Positions 29,746 through 39,857 of a DNA stretch of 64,000 bases are shown here, in pieces. The notes under the pieces were generated by a model that saw only the letters and a list, made by a program, of their open reading frames with translations, made no database searches and was not told where the DNA came from. The position numbers and the translations under genes were made by a program. Source of the stretch: Deltaproteobacteria bacterium (GTDB taxonomy: Bacteria; Desulfobacterota_D; UBA1144; Nemesobacterales; CSP1-2); assembly GCA_052390235.1 (NCBI GenBank), contig JBQTHB010000002.1, positions 288,001-352,000 of the forward strand, given 5' to 3'. Position 1 is the first letter of the stretch. Every line of letters starts with the position of its first letter.

Positions 29746-29890
29746 AGCGAGCGGAGTCGAACTACTCAGGGTGAAGGGAAGCGGCAGAAATATTATCTCC
29801 ATCTCTCTTTGACTCACCTTACGCGCTAATGCCGCTAGTTGTGTAAAAAGCGCTGTCATTTCCGCAGAATTAAGCGGGAATCCAGTATTT
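29746..29890. repeat. Composite REP-like element, inverted copy of about 36160-36290
   Basis: CTCAGGGTGAAGGGAAGCGGC..AAATATTATCTC...TTACGCGCTAATGCCGCTAGTT...GCGGGAATCCAGTATT matches the reverse complement of 36160-36290. Confidence 0.85.
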
Positions 29891-29933
29891 GCCAACAGCT
29901 CAGGATGCCCGACGCCTCTCCCAATTGGGGGGG

Positions 29934-30380
29934 TTAAGCCTGCCGCTCAAATAGCTTTTTGTGGTCGTAGCTCGTTTTGGTTACGACGATTCTATCTATG
30001 AGCCACTTGCCGCCGACTTTTTTGAGGAAGTAGAACTCCTTCTCCTGTACCGTACCGCCTGAGGCGCTGATGTTGGCAAGCAGTAGCACGAGCGCTTTTT
30101 CTTTTTCCACCCTCTGCTCGATTATTTTTCCGCCCAGGTGCTTGTACTTTATTTTTTGAAGCACTGCGCTTACCTCAGCCGCCCAAACCCCCGCGGGTTT
30201 ATTTTTTCTGAGGGTCGCCGTCGTGAGAGCCGCCGCTTTGTTCATATCCGTGCCGTAGAATTTCGTCCACTCCACCACGACTTCAGCCGGCTTTATCTCC
30301 TGCTGGGCGAGCGCGCCGCCGCTTCCCAGAGCCATCAAAAGCCCGATAATTATGAGAAATAATCCTAATTTATGACGCAT
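29934..30380 (-). CDS. Hypothetical exported protein
   Basis: Signal peptide ending ALA-QQ; C-terminal FYFLKKVGGKWLID strand pattern. Confidence 0.7.
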   Translation of the reverse strand: MRHKLGLFLIIIGLLMALGSGGALAQQEIKPAEVVVEWTKFYGTDMNKAAALTTATLRKNKPAGVWAAEVSAVLQKIKYKHLGGKIIEQRVEKEKALVLLLANISASGGTVQEKEFYFLKKVGGKWLIDRIVVTKTSYDHKKLFERQA

Positions 30381-30458
30381 TTATATGCCCTCTTTCTCTG
30401 CTCCCGCGCCGCTCTGCCGGGAGGGTATTTAAAATTTCTCTTCTTCGTCTGTGAATTA

Positions 30459-30806
30459 TTATTTTCCCCCCGCGCCTACGATGACCGAATCGCAGGATAC
30501 GAGGTTAGCCCCGTCGGGCGCGTTCTTCTTCTTCCCCCCGCAGGCAACGAACTCCCTGAGGCCCTTATTCTCGGCGGCGCAGCCGCATACGCTCTCCGCG
30601 CCTGGGCATCTGAGGGTTATAATCTCCACCCCAGCCGCGCCCGGCAGATTGTATTTCCCCTGACAGAACTGCACTGCCGAACTTTCGCTCTCTTTTGGAG
30701 CGGGATTCTGCGCAATCTCCACTTGCCCATCCCCGCCGCCCGCCCACACCGCCGCCGTGAGTATCAGAAATAGAGCTGAAACTTTAATACCCCGAGCAAC
30801 TGCCAT
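30459..30806 (-). CDS. Hypothetical small exported Cys-rich protein
   Basis: Signal-like N-terminus (AAVWA); six Cys in the mature part. Confidence 0.5.
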   Translation of the reverse strand: MAVARGIKVSALFLILTAAVWAGGGDGQVEIAQNPAPKESESSAVQFCQGKYNLPGAAGVEIITLRCPGAESVCGCAAENKGLREFVACGGKKKNAPDGANLVSCDSVIVGAGGK

Positions 30807-30883
30807 CGCCCTTGTCCTCCGTGTTTAGTTTATATACGAGAATTACTGTTATAATTCCATCACCCTGCGAGGAGACGCTCCGA

Positions 30884-31480
30884 ATGAGGAAATTACTCTA
30901 TATATTACCTATAATTTTACTGATAGGTTGCATTCAATCCCCTCCGCCGAAGCCGATAATAATCCCCCCGCAAAAACCACGCACCCCCCCCGCGGTCAAG
31001 CCCCTGAAGCCTAACGACGTTTTCGACGCCTCCTATGCCGCCGTCTGGAGCGCGACGCTCCTTGGGCTTAAGTGGGTGAAGTGGCCTCCCGCCTTTAGCT
31101 CTGAGGCGCAGGGACTCATCACTCTGCGCGAGGCTTACGTCTATCGGAGTTCCGGCAAACTCCGCCGTGTCCACAGATTTCCCACAAAAGAGGAAATCGC
31201 CGCCTCGAGAATTCCCGACTACTTAGCTAAAGTTTCCCGCGGGGCTTACGGCGCGAGCGTCCCCTTCACTCAGGAATTTATGGAGGTGCGATTCGTGAAA
31301 ATATCCGAATCCAAAACGCAGGTGAAAATAACCTACTCCGTGAAGCCCTACATTGGCGCGGGCAAATTCGGCAGAGGGCTCAAATCCAGCGGCTATATCG
31401 AATCCCTATTGCTTGAGCGGATACGGGGAACTCTCGTTGGGAAAACCGTCGCCGCCGCGGAAATCCTGGACATCGAATGA
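30884..31480 (+). CDS. Hypothetical lipoprotein
   Basis: MRKLLYILPIILLIG-C lipobox; GAGGAG RBS. Confidence 0.75.
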   Translation: MRKLLYILPIILLIGCIQSPPPKPIIIPPQKPRTPPAVKPLKPNDVFDASYAAVWSATLLGLKWVKWPPAFSSEAQGLITLREAYVYRSSGKLRRVHRFPTKEEIAASRIPDYLAKVSRGAYGASVPFTQEFMEVRFVKISESKTQVKITYSVKPYIGAGKFGRGLKSSGYIESLLLERIRGTLVGKTVAAAEILDIE

Positions 31481-31977
31481 CCTCAGCACTGATAATTCTC
31501 GGATTTATAGCGTGTATGGCGCTTTTGTTCTGGCTCGATAGGGCAGGGGAGCGGGATGTTGTTGCTAGTGACCGAGAGGGGTTCTCGGAGATATTGGATT
31601 TTATCTCGGCTGTGGATTGGAATATCGCATCAGCCGAATTAATAGGCAATCTCCGGGAGCCTAATGTAATAGAGCGGCGGCAGGGGGAGCTTTCAGTGAG
31701 CTGTAATCTGAGTATTCAGGGCTTCGATGTGCTTGCGAGCTATTATTTCGAGGGCGACGGGTTAGCCCGCATATCCGCCGAGATGGGGCATTTCTCGCAG
31801 GCGGATTTTGACTCTCTGTTCCGCGCCGCATACAGACGCTATGGCACTCCCCGTACTATGTCGGGAGAAGACGAACACGGAGGGGCGCTCGTCTGGAATC
31901 TGCCCGATGGAAGCGCCCTTGCCCTAGAGGAGACATCCCGCGGCAGGGCGTCGGTTTCCGTGTCGAGAGATAGATAA
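31477..31977 (+). CDS. Hypothetical membrane-anchored protein
   Basis: N-terminal TM; ATGA overlap with the upstream gene. Confidence 0.65.
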   Translation: MTSALIILGFIACMALLFWLDRAGERDVVASDREGFSEILDFISAVDWNIASAELIGNLREPNVIERRQGELSVSCNLSIQGFDVLASYYFEGDGLARISAEMGHFSQADFDSLFRAAYRRYGTPRTMSGEDEHGGALVWNLPDGSALALEETSRGRASVSVSRDR

Positions 31978-32064
31978 CCTCTCCGAGGCGGGGCGAATGT
32001 CTAGCGGCGGGGGAATCGGGAAGACGCCCTCTATATCCAAGCGTCCCCCCGAATCTAGGCGTAA

Positions 32065-32628
32065 TTATTTGGGCAGCAGCACTTTATCAATAACGTGAAT
32101 CACGCCATTGGACTGATAAACGTCGTAAGTTGAAATATTGGCGACGTTCCCTTTGGCGTCTTTAAGCACGATACTTACTCCGCCGTTCATCATTGCCGTC
32201 AGGTTTTCTCCCTGAGCGGTTTTGATGGTGGCTTTTCCGCCGTTGTCCACAATTGCCTTCTTAATGGCGTTGTAGTCGAGGCTCCCCGGCACAACATGAT
32301 AGGTCAGAACGGCAGTGAGCGTGCCTTTGTTCTCCGGCTTGAGAAGCGTCTCGACGGTTCCAGCAGGGAGATTCTCAAAAGCGTCGTTAACGGGCGCAAA
32401 CACTGTGAATGGCCCTTTGCCCTTGAGGGTTTCGACGAGTCCCGCCGCTTTCACAGCCGCAACTAGCGTGGTGTGGTCTGCGGAATTTACGGCGTTATCA
32501 ATGATGTCCTTTTTGGGGAACATCGCCTGCCCGCCGACCATAACCGTCTTCTCGCCGGATACGGCAAAAGACACGCCCAGAGCTACAACCATAGCTAGGG
32601 ATAAGACTGACATTCTTAATACACTCAT
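32065..32628 (-). CDS. Fasciclin (FAS1) domain protein
   Basis: TLVAAVKAAGLVETLKG.GPFTVFAP.N.AF, LTYHVV, NGVIHVIDKVL; signal peptide. Confidence 0.95.
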   Translation of the reverse strand: MSVLRMSVLSLAMVVALGVSFAVSGEKTVMVGGQAMFPKKDIIDNAVNSADHTTLVAAVKAAGLVETLKGKGPFTVFAPVNDAFENLPAGTVETLLKPENKGTLTAVLTYHVVPGSLDYNAIKKAIVDNGGKATIKTAQGENLTAMMNGGVSIVLKDAKGNVANISTYDVYQSNGVIHVIDKVLLPK

Positions 32629-32762
32629 AAAGTAATACCTCCTAAAGGGTTTTATTTACTGCCTTTTAATTTTCCGAAGTTAGGGCTTGGCGAGCGGAGC
32701 AATAGCGCACTCTGCTGCGAAGCTTGAGGTTTAGGACTGATTTTTGACTCTGATGAAAATGG

Positions 32763-33194
32763 CTATAGCGGGGGAGAGCGGGACGGGACGGGCGAATTCC
32801 CCGATGATGCGACGATAATCTCGCTCGATGATAACGGGCGCTCATTGCCAAACGCCGGGGGGAAGGGCTTCAGAATTCCAGCGGGCGCGATAAATAAGCG
32901 GCTAATGCCGAACGCCGTGCAGTAGCACTGCTTTCGCGCCCCCTCGTCGCCGTCTTGAATGAGTAGCTCAATGAACCGAGCCGTGGAACTGCCGCCCGTG
33001 TGCGATGGGCAGGTCGCTATCGAGTATGCGGCGGAGCCGCTAACCGAGGGCGCGTACGGCTCTACGGCATAGAGAGCCAAGTTCACAGAGACTAATAACG
33101 TGAAAACGAGCGTCGCCATACAACGGGACTTTTTGGATAAAATCTGCTGACACATACGCCCAAAAAATTTATTCGCTAGACTGAAAATAACCAT
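32763..33194 (-). CDS. Possible DUF2946-like leader protein ending in RSPP
   Basis: N-terminal hydrophobic segment, CPSH and CYC, Pro-rich tail PVPSRSPPL*; start uncertain (33119 or 33194). Confidence 0.5.
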   Translation of the reverse strand: MVIFSLANKFFGRMCQQILSKKSRCMATLVFTLLVSVNLALYAVEPYAPSVSGSAAYSIATCPSHTGGSSTARFIELLIQDGDEGARKQCYCTAFGISRLFIAPAGILKPFPPAFGNERPLSSSEIIVASSGNSPVPSRSPPL

Positions 33195-33212
33195 GCAATT
33201 ATATATACGCCC

Positions 33213-34279
33213 CTATTGCTGCGATTGGATGATTTCGCCCGCCCGCTTTCTAGCCCTGCTTTTTCTAAGCCATATCACGACTCCGGTTACCGAGAGGATA
33301 ACCACTATCATTCCCATAGCCGAGACGAATATACACGAGTCCCGCAGAGTGTTCTTTCCCGAACCCGACGCCCAAAACGCTGTATTCCGGAACATAGAAA
33401 ATGCCGTTCGCCGGAGGGGGCAGTCCGCGTTTTTGAGCCTCCGAGCTTGCCACATTGAGTATCTCGTCGAATGAATAACTCGCCGCAACGGCTTTGTCCG
33501 GCGGCAACATCTCGCGCTTATCGAACACCGAAGGCGTTATTATAGGAGAAATTGCCGATACCACAGGCTCGATACCTATTTGTGCAGGTTGAACGACACT
33601 CCGCTCAGGGCAAGCATAAACAGCAGTCCTCAGAACCATAAACCTCCGGCGCGGTGAAGGTCGAAGTTGATCCTGTACCTGCTCGCATCGGGTTTAACCT
33701 TCTATGCCGGTTTCCACCTGCGCAAAAAATGGTCTGCCGCGCTGCAGAGCTAGATAAAAGCCGACGAAGCCGTCCAGCATCCAGACAAACGCAATCCCGC
33801 CCACAAGCCACAATCCCCACGTTTCAGGCAGGCGCAGCGTCATGTGCATCTGATACATGAAAGGCATGAAATGGGCGGCATCAACTCGAAAAGCGCCCCA
33901 GTAGCGTTTGCCGAGTATCTCTCCTGTAGAGGGATTGATGAAAACCTGATTGTAGCCAGCATCAAAGAGCGCCCCGGTTTTGCGGTTGACGCGCGGCTCT
34001 ACGAACACCTCGGTGGAATGACCGGGTTCAACGCTCAGAGGCAGGAATCGCGCTCTCTCTCGCCCATCGTCCCGCTCGATAATTCGCGCCAAAGCAGTCG
34101 GCGAAAGCGCCTGTCCGCCTTCAGCCGAGTGAAACAGCCGGGGGTTCAGCCATTAGTCAATCTCGTGATAAAAAGCGATAGCGCTTCCGCTAATACCTGA
34201 GACTACGAGAAAAGCGGCGAGAGCCAGCCCGGCGTAGCGGTGGAGTTTTACGAATATTTGATGCGGCGGTTTGTTTCAT
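33213..34279 (-). pseudogene. PepSY-associated TM helix (iron-regulated membrane protein) pseudogene
   Basis: KLHRYAGL...SGS..AFYHEID*WLNP (in-frame TAA), FMYQMH..L, LSVTGVVIWLRK; frameshift after the ATG and fragments in several frames. Confidence 0.85.
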
Positions 34280-34302
34280 GGGTGAGAATCTCTGGAAAGA
34301 GG

Positions 34303-34674
34303 CTATTTTACGACTGTCTGGGCCGTTTTCAGGTAAGCCGCTCCGTGCTTTTTAGCCGCGTTGTAATCGGCTTTTTCGGATGCGAGGTGCAGCGACTCAA
34401 GCGTATCGGCAAGGGCGGCGAACTCATTATTTATCTTCTCAAGCGCGTTTTCCAGCGTATAGGTGAGTTCATGAACCATGATAATATCGTCAGGGGCGAG
34501 CTTGCTCTTGCTCAGAATCGCGGCGAGTTTGCTGTTGCCTTCCGAGAAATTCGCCACGGCCTGCTTGAGCGTTTCGGCAGGTTTGCCCTTGAAGTGATCG
34601 GGACGTTCGCCATCTGCGGCGGAGATTGCCGTGAAAGATGCAAAGAGCATCAGCAAAGCGAATATTTTACTCAT
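34303..34674 (-). CDS. Small exported helical protein (DUF6746-like)
   Basis: Signal peptide; DHFKG.PAETL, HELTYTLENAL, LE.LHLASE. Confidence 0.75.
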   Translation of the reverse strand: MSKIFALLMLFASFTAISAADGERPDHFKGKPAETLKQAVANFSEGNSKLAAILSKSKLAPDDIIMVHELTYTLENALEKINNEFAALADTLESLHLASEKADYNAAKKHGAAYLKTAQTVVK

Positions 34675-34794
34675 AATTATTTGTCTTCTCCTGAATGATA
34701 TGGTTTAGAACTCGTCTTAAAACGTCGAATAGTCCCAATTTACGATGCCGATTTTTCTTCTCTTATTTTTTTATACAGTCTGCTAAAATATTGA

Positions 34795-34815
34795 AATTGA
34801 TAGCAGACTTCAAAA
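34795..34815. promoter_or_regulatory. Possible Fur-like box in the divergent promoter region
   Basis: TTGA-N9-TCAA (AATTGATAGCAGACTTCAAAA) in an AT-rich spacer between iron-related genes. Confidence 0.35.
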
Positions 34816-34938
34816 TAAAAAATTATCATGTTATAGTTCTGTGTCAAGAAAGCGGATACAGTACGCGCCCTTGTTGCCCGTTTGAGAATTCACAAACCGT
34901 TATGAAAATCCAATATTCTAGAGGATGGTGATGATAAA

Positions 34939-35970
34939 ATGACTGAAAAACGCCCCGCCTGCTCGTTTCTTCTACTGATAATGACCTTGATACTGTCTCT
35001 TTCCTGCTCGGAGCGCAAGCCTGATGCACAGACCGCCGAAAAACCCCTCAGCCTGACCGTCTATTCCGGCAGGAGTGAATCTCTCGTAGAGCCGATAATA
35101 GAGCAGTTTCAGGCGGCTACCGGCATACAGACTCAGGTGAAGTATGGCGGCACTGCGGAGCTTGCCGCCGCTCTGCTGGAAGAGGGAGATAGAACTTTGG
35201 CGGATCTGTTTTTCGCGCAGGATCCGGGCGGCTTGGGCGCTGTAGAGGGGATGCTTGCCCCTCTGCCTGCGGATATATCGGACTTAGTAGCCCGGCGCTA
35301 TAGGTCTCCCGAAGGGAAATGGGTTGGGCTGTCGGGGCGCGCACGGACGGTTGTCTATAACACGAACAAGCTCGGCGAGGGCGACCTTCCGAGAGATATA
35401 TGGGGTTTCACAGACCCAAAATGGAAAGGGCGCATCGGATGGTCGCCGACAAACGCATCGTTTCAGGCGATGCTGACCGCCATGATTAAGCTGTGGGGCG
35501 AGGAAAAAACGGCGGCATGGCTTGCGGGGATACAGGCTAACGAAGCTAAAATTTACCCTAATAACACTTCTATCGTCTCCGCAGTAGGCTCCGGCGAGGT
35601 TGAGGTAGGATTCGTGAATCATTACTATCTGTTCCGCTTTCTTGCCGAACAGGGCGAGAGCTTCCCGGTCAGAAACTATCACCCGGCAGACGGCGGCCCG
35701 GGAGCGATTATTTTAGTTGCCGGAGCCGGTATTCTGGAAAGCTCGCGGAACAAGGAAGCCGGAGAGAGGTTTCTAAGATTCATGCTCTCCCCCGTAGCGC
35801 AGCAGTATTTCACCGGACAGAGCTATGAATATCCAGTGATTGATGGCGTAAACACCAACCGCCTGCTCACGCCCGTATCCGAGATAAAATCCCCTGAAAT
35901 CAGCTTGAGGGATCTGTCCAATCCAAATGCCGCCGTGGAGCTTCTGAGAAAGTCTGGGATAATTCCCTAA
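34939..35970 (+). CDS. Fe(III) ABC transporter substrate-binding lipoprotein (FbpA/FutA family)
   Basis: Lipobox LSC; VYSGRSE, GLSGRAR, GFVNHYY, YEYPV. Confidence 0.92.
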   Translation: MTEKRPACSFLLLIMTLILSLSCSERKPDAQTAEKPLSLTVYSGRSESLVEPIIEQFQAATGIQTQVKYGGTAELAAALLEEGDRTLADLFFAQDPGGLGAVEGMLAPLPADISDLVARRYRSPEGKWVGLSGRARTVVYNTNKLGEGDLPRDIWGFTDPKWKGRIGWSPTNASFQAMLTAMIKLWGEEKTAAWLAGIQANEAKIYPNNTSIVSAVGSGEVEVGFVNHYYLFRFLAEQGESFPVRNYHPADGGPGAIILVAGAGILESSRNKEAGERFLRFMLSPVAQQYFTGQSYEYPVIDGVNTNRLLTPVSEIKSPEISLRDLSNPNAAVELLRKSGIIP

Positions 35971-35984
35971 GACGCGTTGAAAAT

Positions 35985-36345
35985 GGTTCGACTCCGCTCA
36001 CTATCAAGAGGAGAAAACCAACAAAACCCTCCTTCATCCTCAGCGGAGTCGAAGGGTGAGTAGCTGGGCTAATATCACTATAAACTACGTCGAATGCGGG
36101 GGTAGTTCGGGCGGGGTTTATCCTGAGCTTGTCTAAGGGTGAGGGGAGTCATCGGGCGGTGAATACTGGATTCCCGCTCAGTTCTGCGGGAATGACAGCG
36201 ACTTTTACATAACTAGCGGCATTAGCGCGTAACGTGAGCGCGGGAGAGATAGAGATAATATTTCCGCCGCTTCCCTTCACCCTGAGCGGAGTCGAAGGAT
36301 GAGTAGCTGGGCTAATATCACTATAAAATATGTCGAATGCGGGGG
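35985..36345. repeat. Composite REP-like cluster with internal ~70-bp direct repeat
   Basis: (T/C)AGCGGAGTCGAAGG motif; GAGTAGCTGGGCTAATATCACTATAAA...GTCGAATGCGGGG twice; GGATTCCCGC..GCGGGAATGAC. Confidence 0.85.
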
Positions 36346-36387
36346 CGTACATCAATTGCGCCGCTCCTCCATTATAGTGTTCAGTAA

Positions 36388-37950
36388 ATGAAAAGTTTCT
36401 TCTTCGCATCATCGGCAATTGTCGCCTTTATGACGCTACTTCCGGCGGCTTATCTGCTGTTTCGCGCGGCAGACGGCGGCGGCGAGGCTCTCGCCCTCCT
36501 TTTTCGATGGAGAACCTGGGAGATTATCCAAAGGTCGCTTGTGCTGACTGTAGCGGTAACCTTTTTCTCCATGCTGATTTCCGTGCCTTTGGCATGGCTT
36601 CTCGTCCGCACCGACCTGCCAATGAAACGGATGTGGACGGCGCTGACGACAGTTCCGTTGGTTGTCCCGTCCTATGTCGGAGGGTTCGTACTGGTTGCCG
36701 CGCTCGGTCCTAAGGGGATGCTGCAGCAGTTTCTAGCCCCGCTTGGCGTGGAGAGACTGCCGGAGATATACGGCCTGGCAGGAGCCGCCCTCACGCTGAC
36801 GCTTCTTAGGTTTCCATTTATGCTCATTCCCATCCGCGCATCGTTGTCGAACCTCGACCCATCGCTGGAAGAAAGCTCTCAGAGCCTGGGAATGAGACGC
36901 ATCAAGACGTTTATCAGAGTGGTCATGCCTCAGCTAAAACCCGCCGTTGCCTCCGGCTGTTTGTTCACCGCGCTTGCCGCGCTGACGGACTTCGGCGCGG
37001 TATCGCTCCTGCGCTATGAAACATTCACTTGGGCTATATATCTGCAGTATCAATCTGCGTTTGATAGAACCGGCGCGGCGGCGCTGTCGGCGGCGCTAAT
37101 AGTGATTGGCTCGATATTCCTGCTTCTCGAGGGCAGAACGAGAAAGTCGGCGGCGCACTACGGGGCGAATCACGGCAGAAGGGCGCCATTGAGTCCCGTG
37201 AGGCTGGGCGGGTGGAGGATTCCTGCGCTTCTGTTCTGCGGCGCTCTCGCGTTTGCGAGTCTCGTTATGCCTGCGTGTATATTGATTTATTGGCTACTCA
37301 GAGGGCTGGCTTCGGGAGAATATTTCCCCGGCATTTGGGCGGATACGGCGAATTCCCTGCTCATTGCCTCAGCCGCCGCCTTTATAACGCTCATCGCGGC
37401 GTTTCCCATTGCCTATATCTCCTGCCGCTATTCGGGACGCATGGTTACATTAATGGAGAGGGCGGCTTATATCGGATTCGCTCTGCCGGGAATAGTGGTT
37501 GCGCTGGCGCTGGTGTTCTTTGGCGTGCGTTATCTGACCCCGCTCTATCAGACTCACGCGCTCCTCATCGCCGCTTATGTCATTCTGTTCATTCCGGCGG
37601 CGGCGGGGGCGCTTCGGGCGGTACTGCTTCAGATGAACACCAGACTAGAAGAGGCGGCTTACAGCCTCGGGCGGAGTAAATTCGCCGCTTTGACGAGAGT
37701 TACCCTGCCATTGACGAGGCCGGGAATCGCTGGAGGATGGGCTATGGTGTTTCTGCTCACGATGAGAGAGCTTCCCGCGACTTTGATTCTGTCCCCTATA
37801 GGGTTCGGCACTCTCGCCGCATCTATCTGGTCTTCCGCTTCCGAGGCGTTTTTCGCCAGGTCGGCGGCCTATTCGCTGATTTTAATCGCCGCCGCATCCA
37901 TTCCTTCGATTTTCATAGCTATAGCCGAGAGGAGGCAGAGCGGCGCATGA
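36388..37950 (+). CDS. Fe(III) ABC transporter permease (FbpB family)
   Basis: Two EAA-loop halves (LEESSQSLG, LEEAAYSLG), PSYV, ELPATL. Confidence 0.92.
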   Translation: MKSFFFASSAIVAFMTLLPAAYLLFRAADGGGEALALLFRWRTWEIIQRSLVLTVAVTFFSMLISVPLAWLLVRTDLPMKRMWTALTTVPLVVPSYVGGFVLVAALGPKGMLQQFLAPLGVERLPEIYGLAGAALTLTLLRFPFMLIPIRASLSNLDPSLEESSQSLGMRRIKTFIRVVMPQLKPAVASGCLFTALAALTDFGAVSLLRYETFTWAIYLQYQSAFDRTGAAALSAALIVIGSIFLLLEGRTRKSAAHYGANHGRRAPLSPVRLGGWRIPALLFCGALAFASLVMPACILIYWLLRGLASGEYFPGIWADTANSLLIASAAAFITLIAAFPIAYISCRYSGRMVTLMERAAYIGFALPGIVVALALVFFGVRYLTPLYQTHALLIAAYVILFIPAAAGALRAVLLQMNTRLEEAAYSLGRSKFAALTRVTLPLTRPGIAGGWAMVFLLTMRELPATLILSPIGFGTLAASIWSSASEAFFARSAAYSLILIAAASIPSIFIAIAERRQSGA

Positions 37951-39014
37951 GCTTGGCGCTTCGGTGCATAGACCTATCAAAGCACTTCGGCGGCGTCCCC
38001 GCAGTGCAGAGCGTATCCCTATCGCTCGAATCCGGTCAAATCCTCTGCCTGCTCGGCTCAAGCGGATGCGGGAAAACCACGACTCTTAGGCTCATAGCCG
38101 GATTTGAACAGCCCTCCGGCGGCTCTATAGAAATAGCCGGAGCGATTGTGTCCGATGCCCAGACACTCATCCCCCCCGAAAAGAGAAGGGTCGGGATGGT
38201 GTTTCAGGACTACGCACTTTTTCCGCATCTGACCGTAGCCGAAAACATCGCTTTCGGCATGGATAAGGCGGCGAGAAAATCCGGGCGGGTAGAGGAACTG
38301 CTGTCTCTCGTGGGCATAAAGGGGTTCGGTGCGCGGATGCCGCACAGACTCTCCGGCGGCGAGCAGCAGAGGGTCGCCATAGCGCGGGCGCTTGGGGCAA
38401 AACCAGAGCTGATGCTCCTCGACGAGCCGTTTTCTAATCTCGACCCGACGCTTCGGCTTCGGATACGCGAAGAGATAAAAACCCTCCTAAAAAGCTCTGG
38501 AGCCGCCGTAATCTTCGTTACCCATGACCAGGAAGAGGCGTTTTTCATGGGCGACCTCGTCGGAGTCATGAACCGCGGACGGCTTGAGCAGATTGACACT
38601 CCGTACCGAATTTACCACAGCCCCGCATCGCGCTACGTCGCAGAATTCGTGGGAACGGCGGATTTCCTGCCCGTCTGCATCGCTGAAGGCGGCGTTTCCA
38701 CCGACTTGGGGTTTCTAGGGCGCGCAGAAAAACCGCAAGGGGCGATGATAGACAATATTCGCCTCGACGATATTCGCCTCATGGTGCGCCCCGACGACAT
38801 CTCTATGACGCCGTCGGAAAAAGGGCAGGGCGTTGTCGTTTCCAGAGTGTTTCAAGGGGTTACATATCTATACCGAGTCGTTCTCGATTCCGGCGACACT
38901 GTCCACTCGATGCTCCTGCACAGCTCTGACGTCCATCCCGGCACACGAGTCCATCTCGGCTTTGAGCCTCACTACGTTCCGGTTTACTTCGCAGACGGCT
39001 ACAGAGTGGGGTGA
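37947..39014 (+). CDS. Fe(III) ABC transporter ATPase (FbpC family)
   Basis: GSSGCGKTT, FQDYALFPH, LSGGEQQR, LDEPFSNLD, VTHDQEEA; start MSLALRC overlaps the permease stop. Confidence 0.93.
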   Translation: MSLALRCIDLSKHFGGVPAVQSVSLSLESGQILCLLGSSGCGKTTTLRLIAGFEQPSGGSIEIAGAIVSDAQTLIPPEKRRVGMVFQDYALFPHLTVAENIAFGMDKAARKSGRVEELLSLVGIKGFGARMPHRLSGGEQQRVAIARALGAKPELMLLDEPFSNLDPTLRLRIREEIKTLLKSSGAAVIFVTHDQEEAFFMGDLVGVMNRGRLEQIDTPYRIYHSPASRYVAEFVGTADFLPVCIAEGGVSTDLGFLGRAEKPQGAMIDNIRLDDIRLMVRPDDISMTPSEKGQGVVVSRVFQGVTYLYRVVLDSGDTVHSMLLHSSDVHPGTRVHLGFEPHYVPVYFADGYRVG

Positions 39015-39049
39015 TTGCGGCAACTGTGGAATCCCCCACTCCCGCTCCC

Positions 39050-39230
39050 TTTGACTCTGCTCAGGATGAAGATGGAATGGATTCCCGCTCTGAGGACTGC
39101 GGGAATGACAAACAGGCTCACTACCATTCCAAGCCTCATTCTTGTCGTTTCGAGCGATAGCGAGAAATCCTGAATTAGATTCCTCATTCCTGTCATTCTC
39201 ACGAAAGTGGGAATCCATAGTTTCGACTCC
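39050..39230. repeat. Composite REP-like element, direct copy of about 54858-55040
   Basis: ATGGATTCCCGCTCTGA.GACTGCGGGAATGACAAAC...GAGCGATAGCGAGAAATCCTGAATTAGATTCCTCAT...CTGTCATTCTCACGAAAGTG.GAATCCATAG at both sites. Confidence 0.88.
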
Positions 39231-39515
39231 TCATATCTCTATCCTCCTTTTTTTGAACTGCTCGAACCATGCAGATACAAAGCTGGAATTGCCAGAGCGG
39301 GGCAATCCATCATATATTAAAAATATAAATCAATATCAATTTGATTCTATCGGAATGAGAGGGAATATCAAGCGGAGATTCATAGAAAATTCGGATGTAA
39401 ATAGTGGGGCTTATGGCGTATTTCGATACGGTTGCCGCGCCAGCGACGGTTTGCCAGCCGCCGCGAGAAGGGGCTAATTTTGTGAACTGCTATAATTATT
39501 TCTCTTCTTCCCAGC

Positions 39516-39659
39516 GCCTCTGCCCCGCCTAAGCCCCGTGTGCCAGGCGACGACCCCGACCGAGCGCCCCGAGACTTACCCATGCAACGGCGAGGTGGTC
39601 TCCGAGCAGGGCGGAGAGAAGCCCGGTCAAGCTGACTATTGCAATAATCATCGGGGCGC
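39516..39659 (-). pseudogene. Degenerate duplicate of the 3' part of the small gene at 40785-40985
   Basis: About 145-bp direct repeat of 40788-40936 with indels; APMIIAIVSLTGLLSALLGDHL in both. Confidence 0.85.
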
Positions 39660-39660
39660 A

Positions 39661-39692
39661 AAGCGGGTTCGGCTTGAGTGGATTGTTAGGCG
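39661..39692 (-). mobile_element. Half attC site (R''/L'' arm)
   Basis: Minus strand GCCTAACAATCCACTCAAGCCGAACCCGCTT, similar to the left arm of the intact attC at 48147-48206. Confidence 0.75.
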
Positions 39693-39857
39693 CCGCTGCC
39701 ATGAGACGCTGGCTTAGGTGCGAGAGGCAGGCAGGCCGCCAGAGCAAAGCACAACGCCGCCGCAACAAGCAATGCGACGCCAGCGAAGAAACCCGCGAAC
39801 GAAAAAACCAGAACGGCATCTGCTGCAACCACTAGTTCGGCGCCATTGCCGGCGCGA

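Noticed and set aside
29605..29895. 96-aa minus-strand ORF
   Set aside because: Overlaps the tRNA antisense and a repeat element; no RBS or recognisable motif
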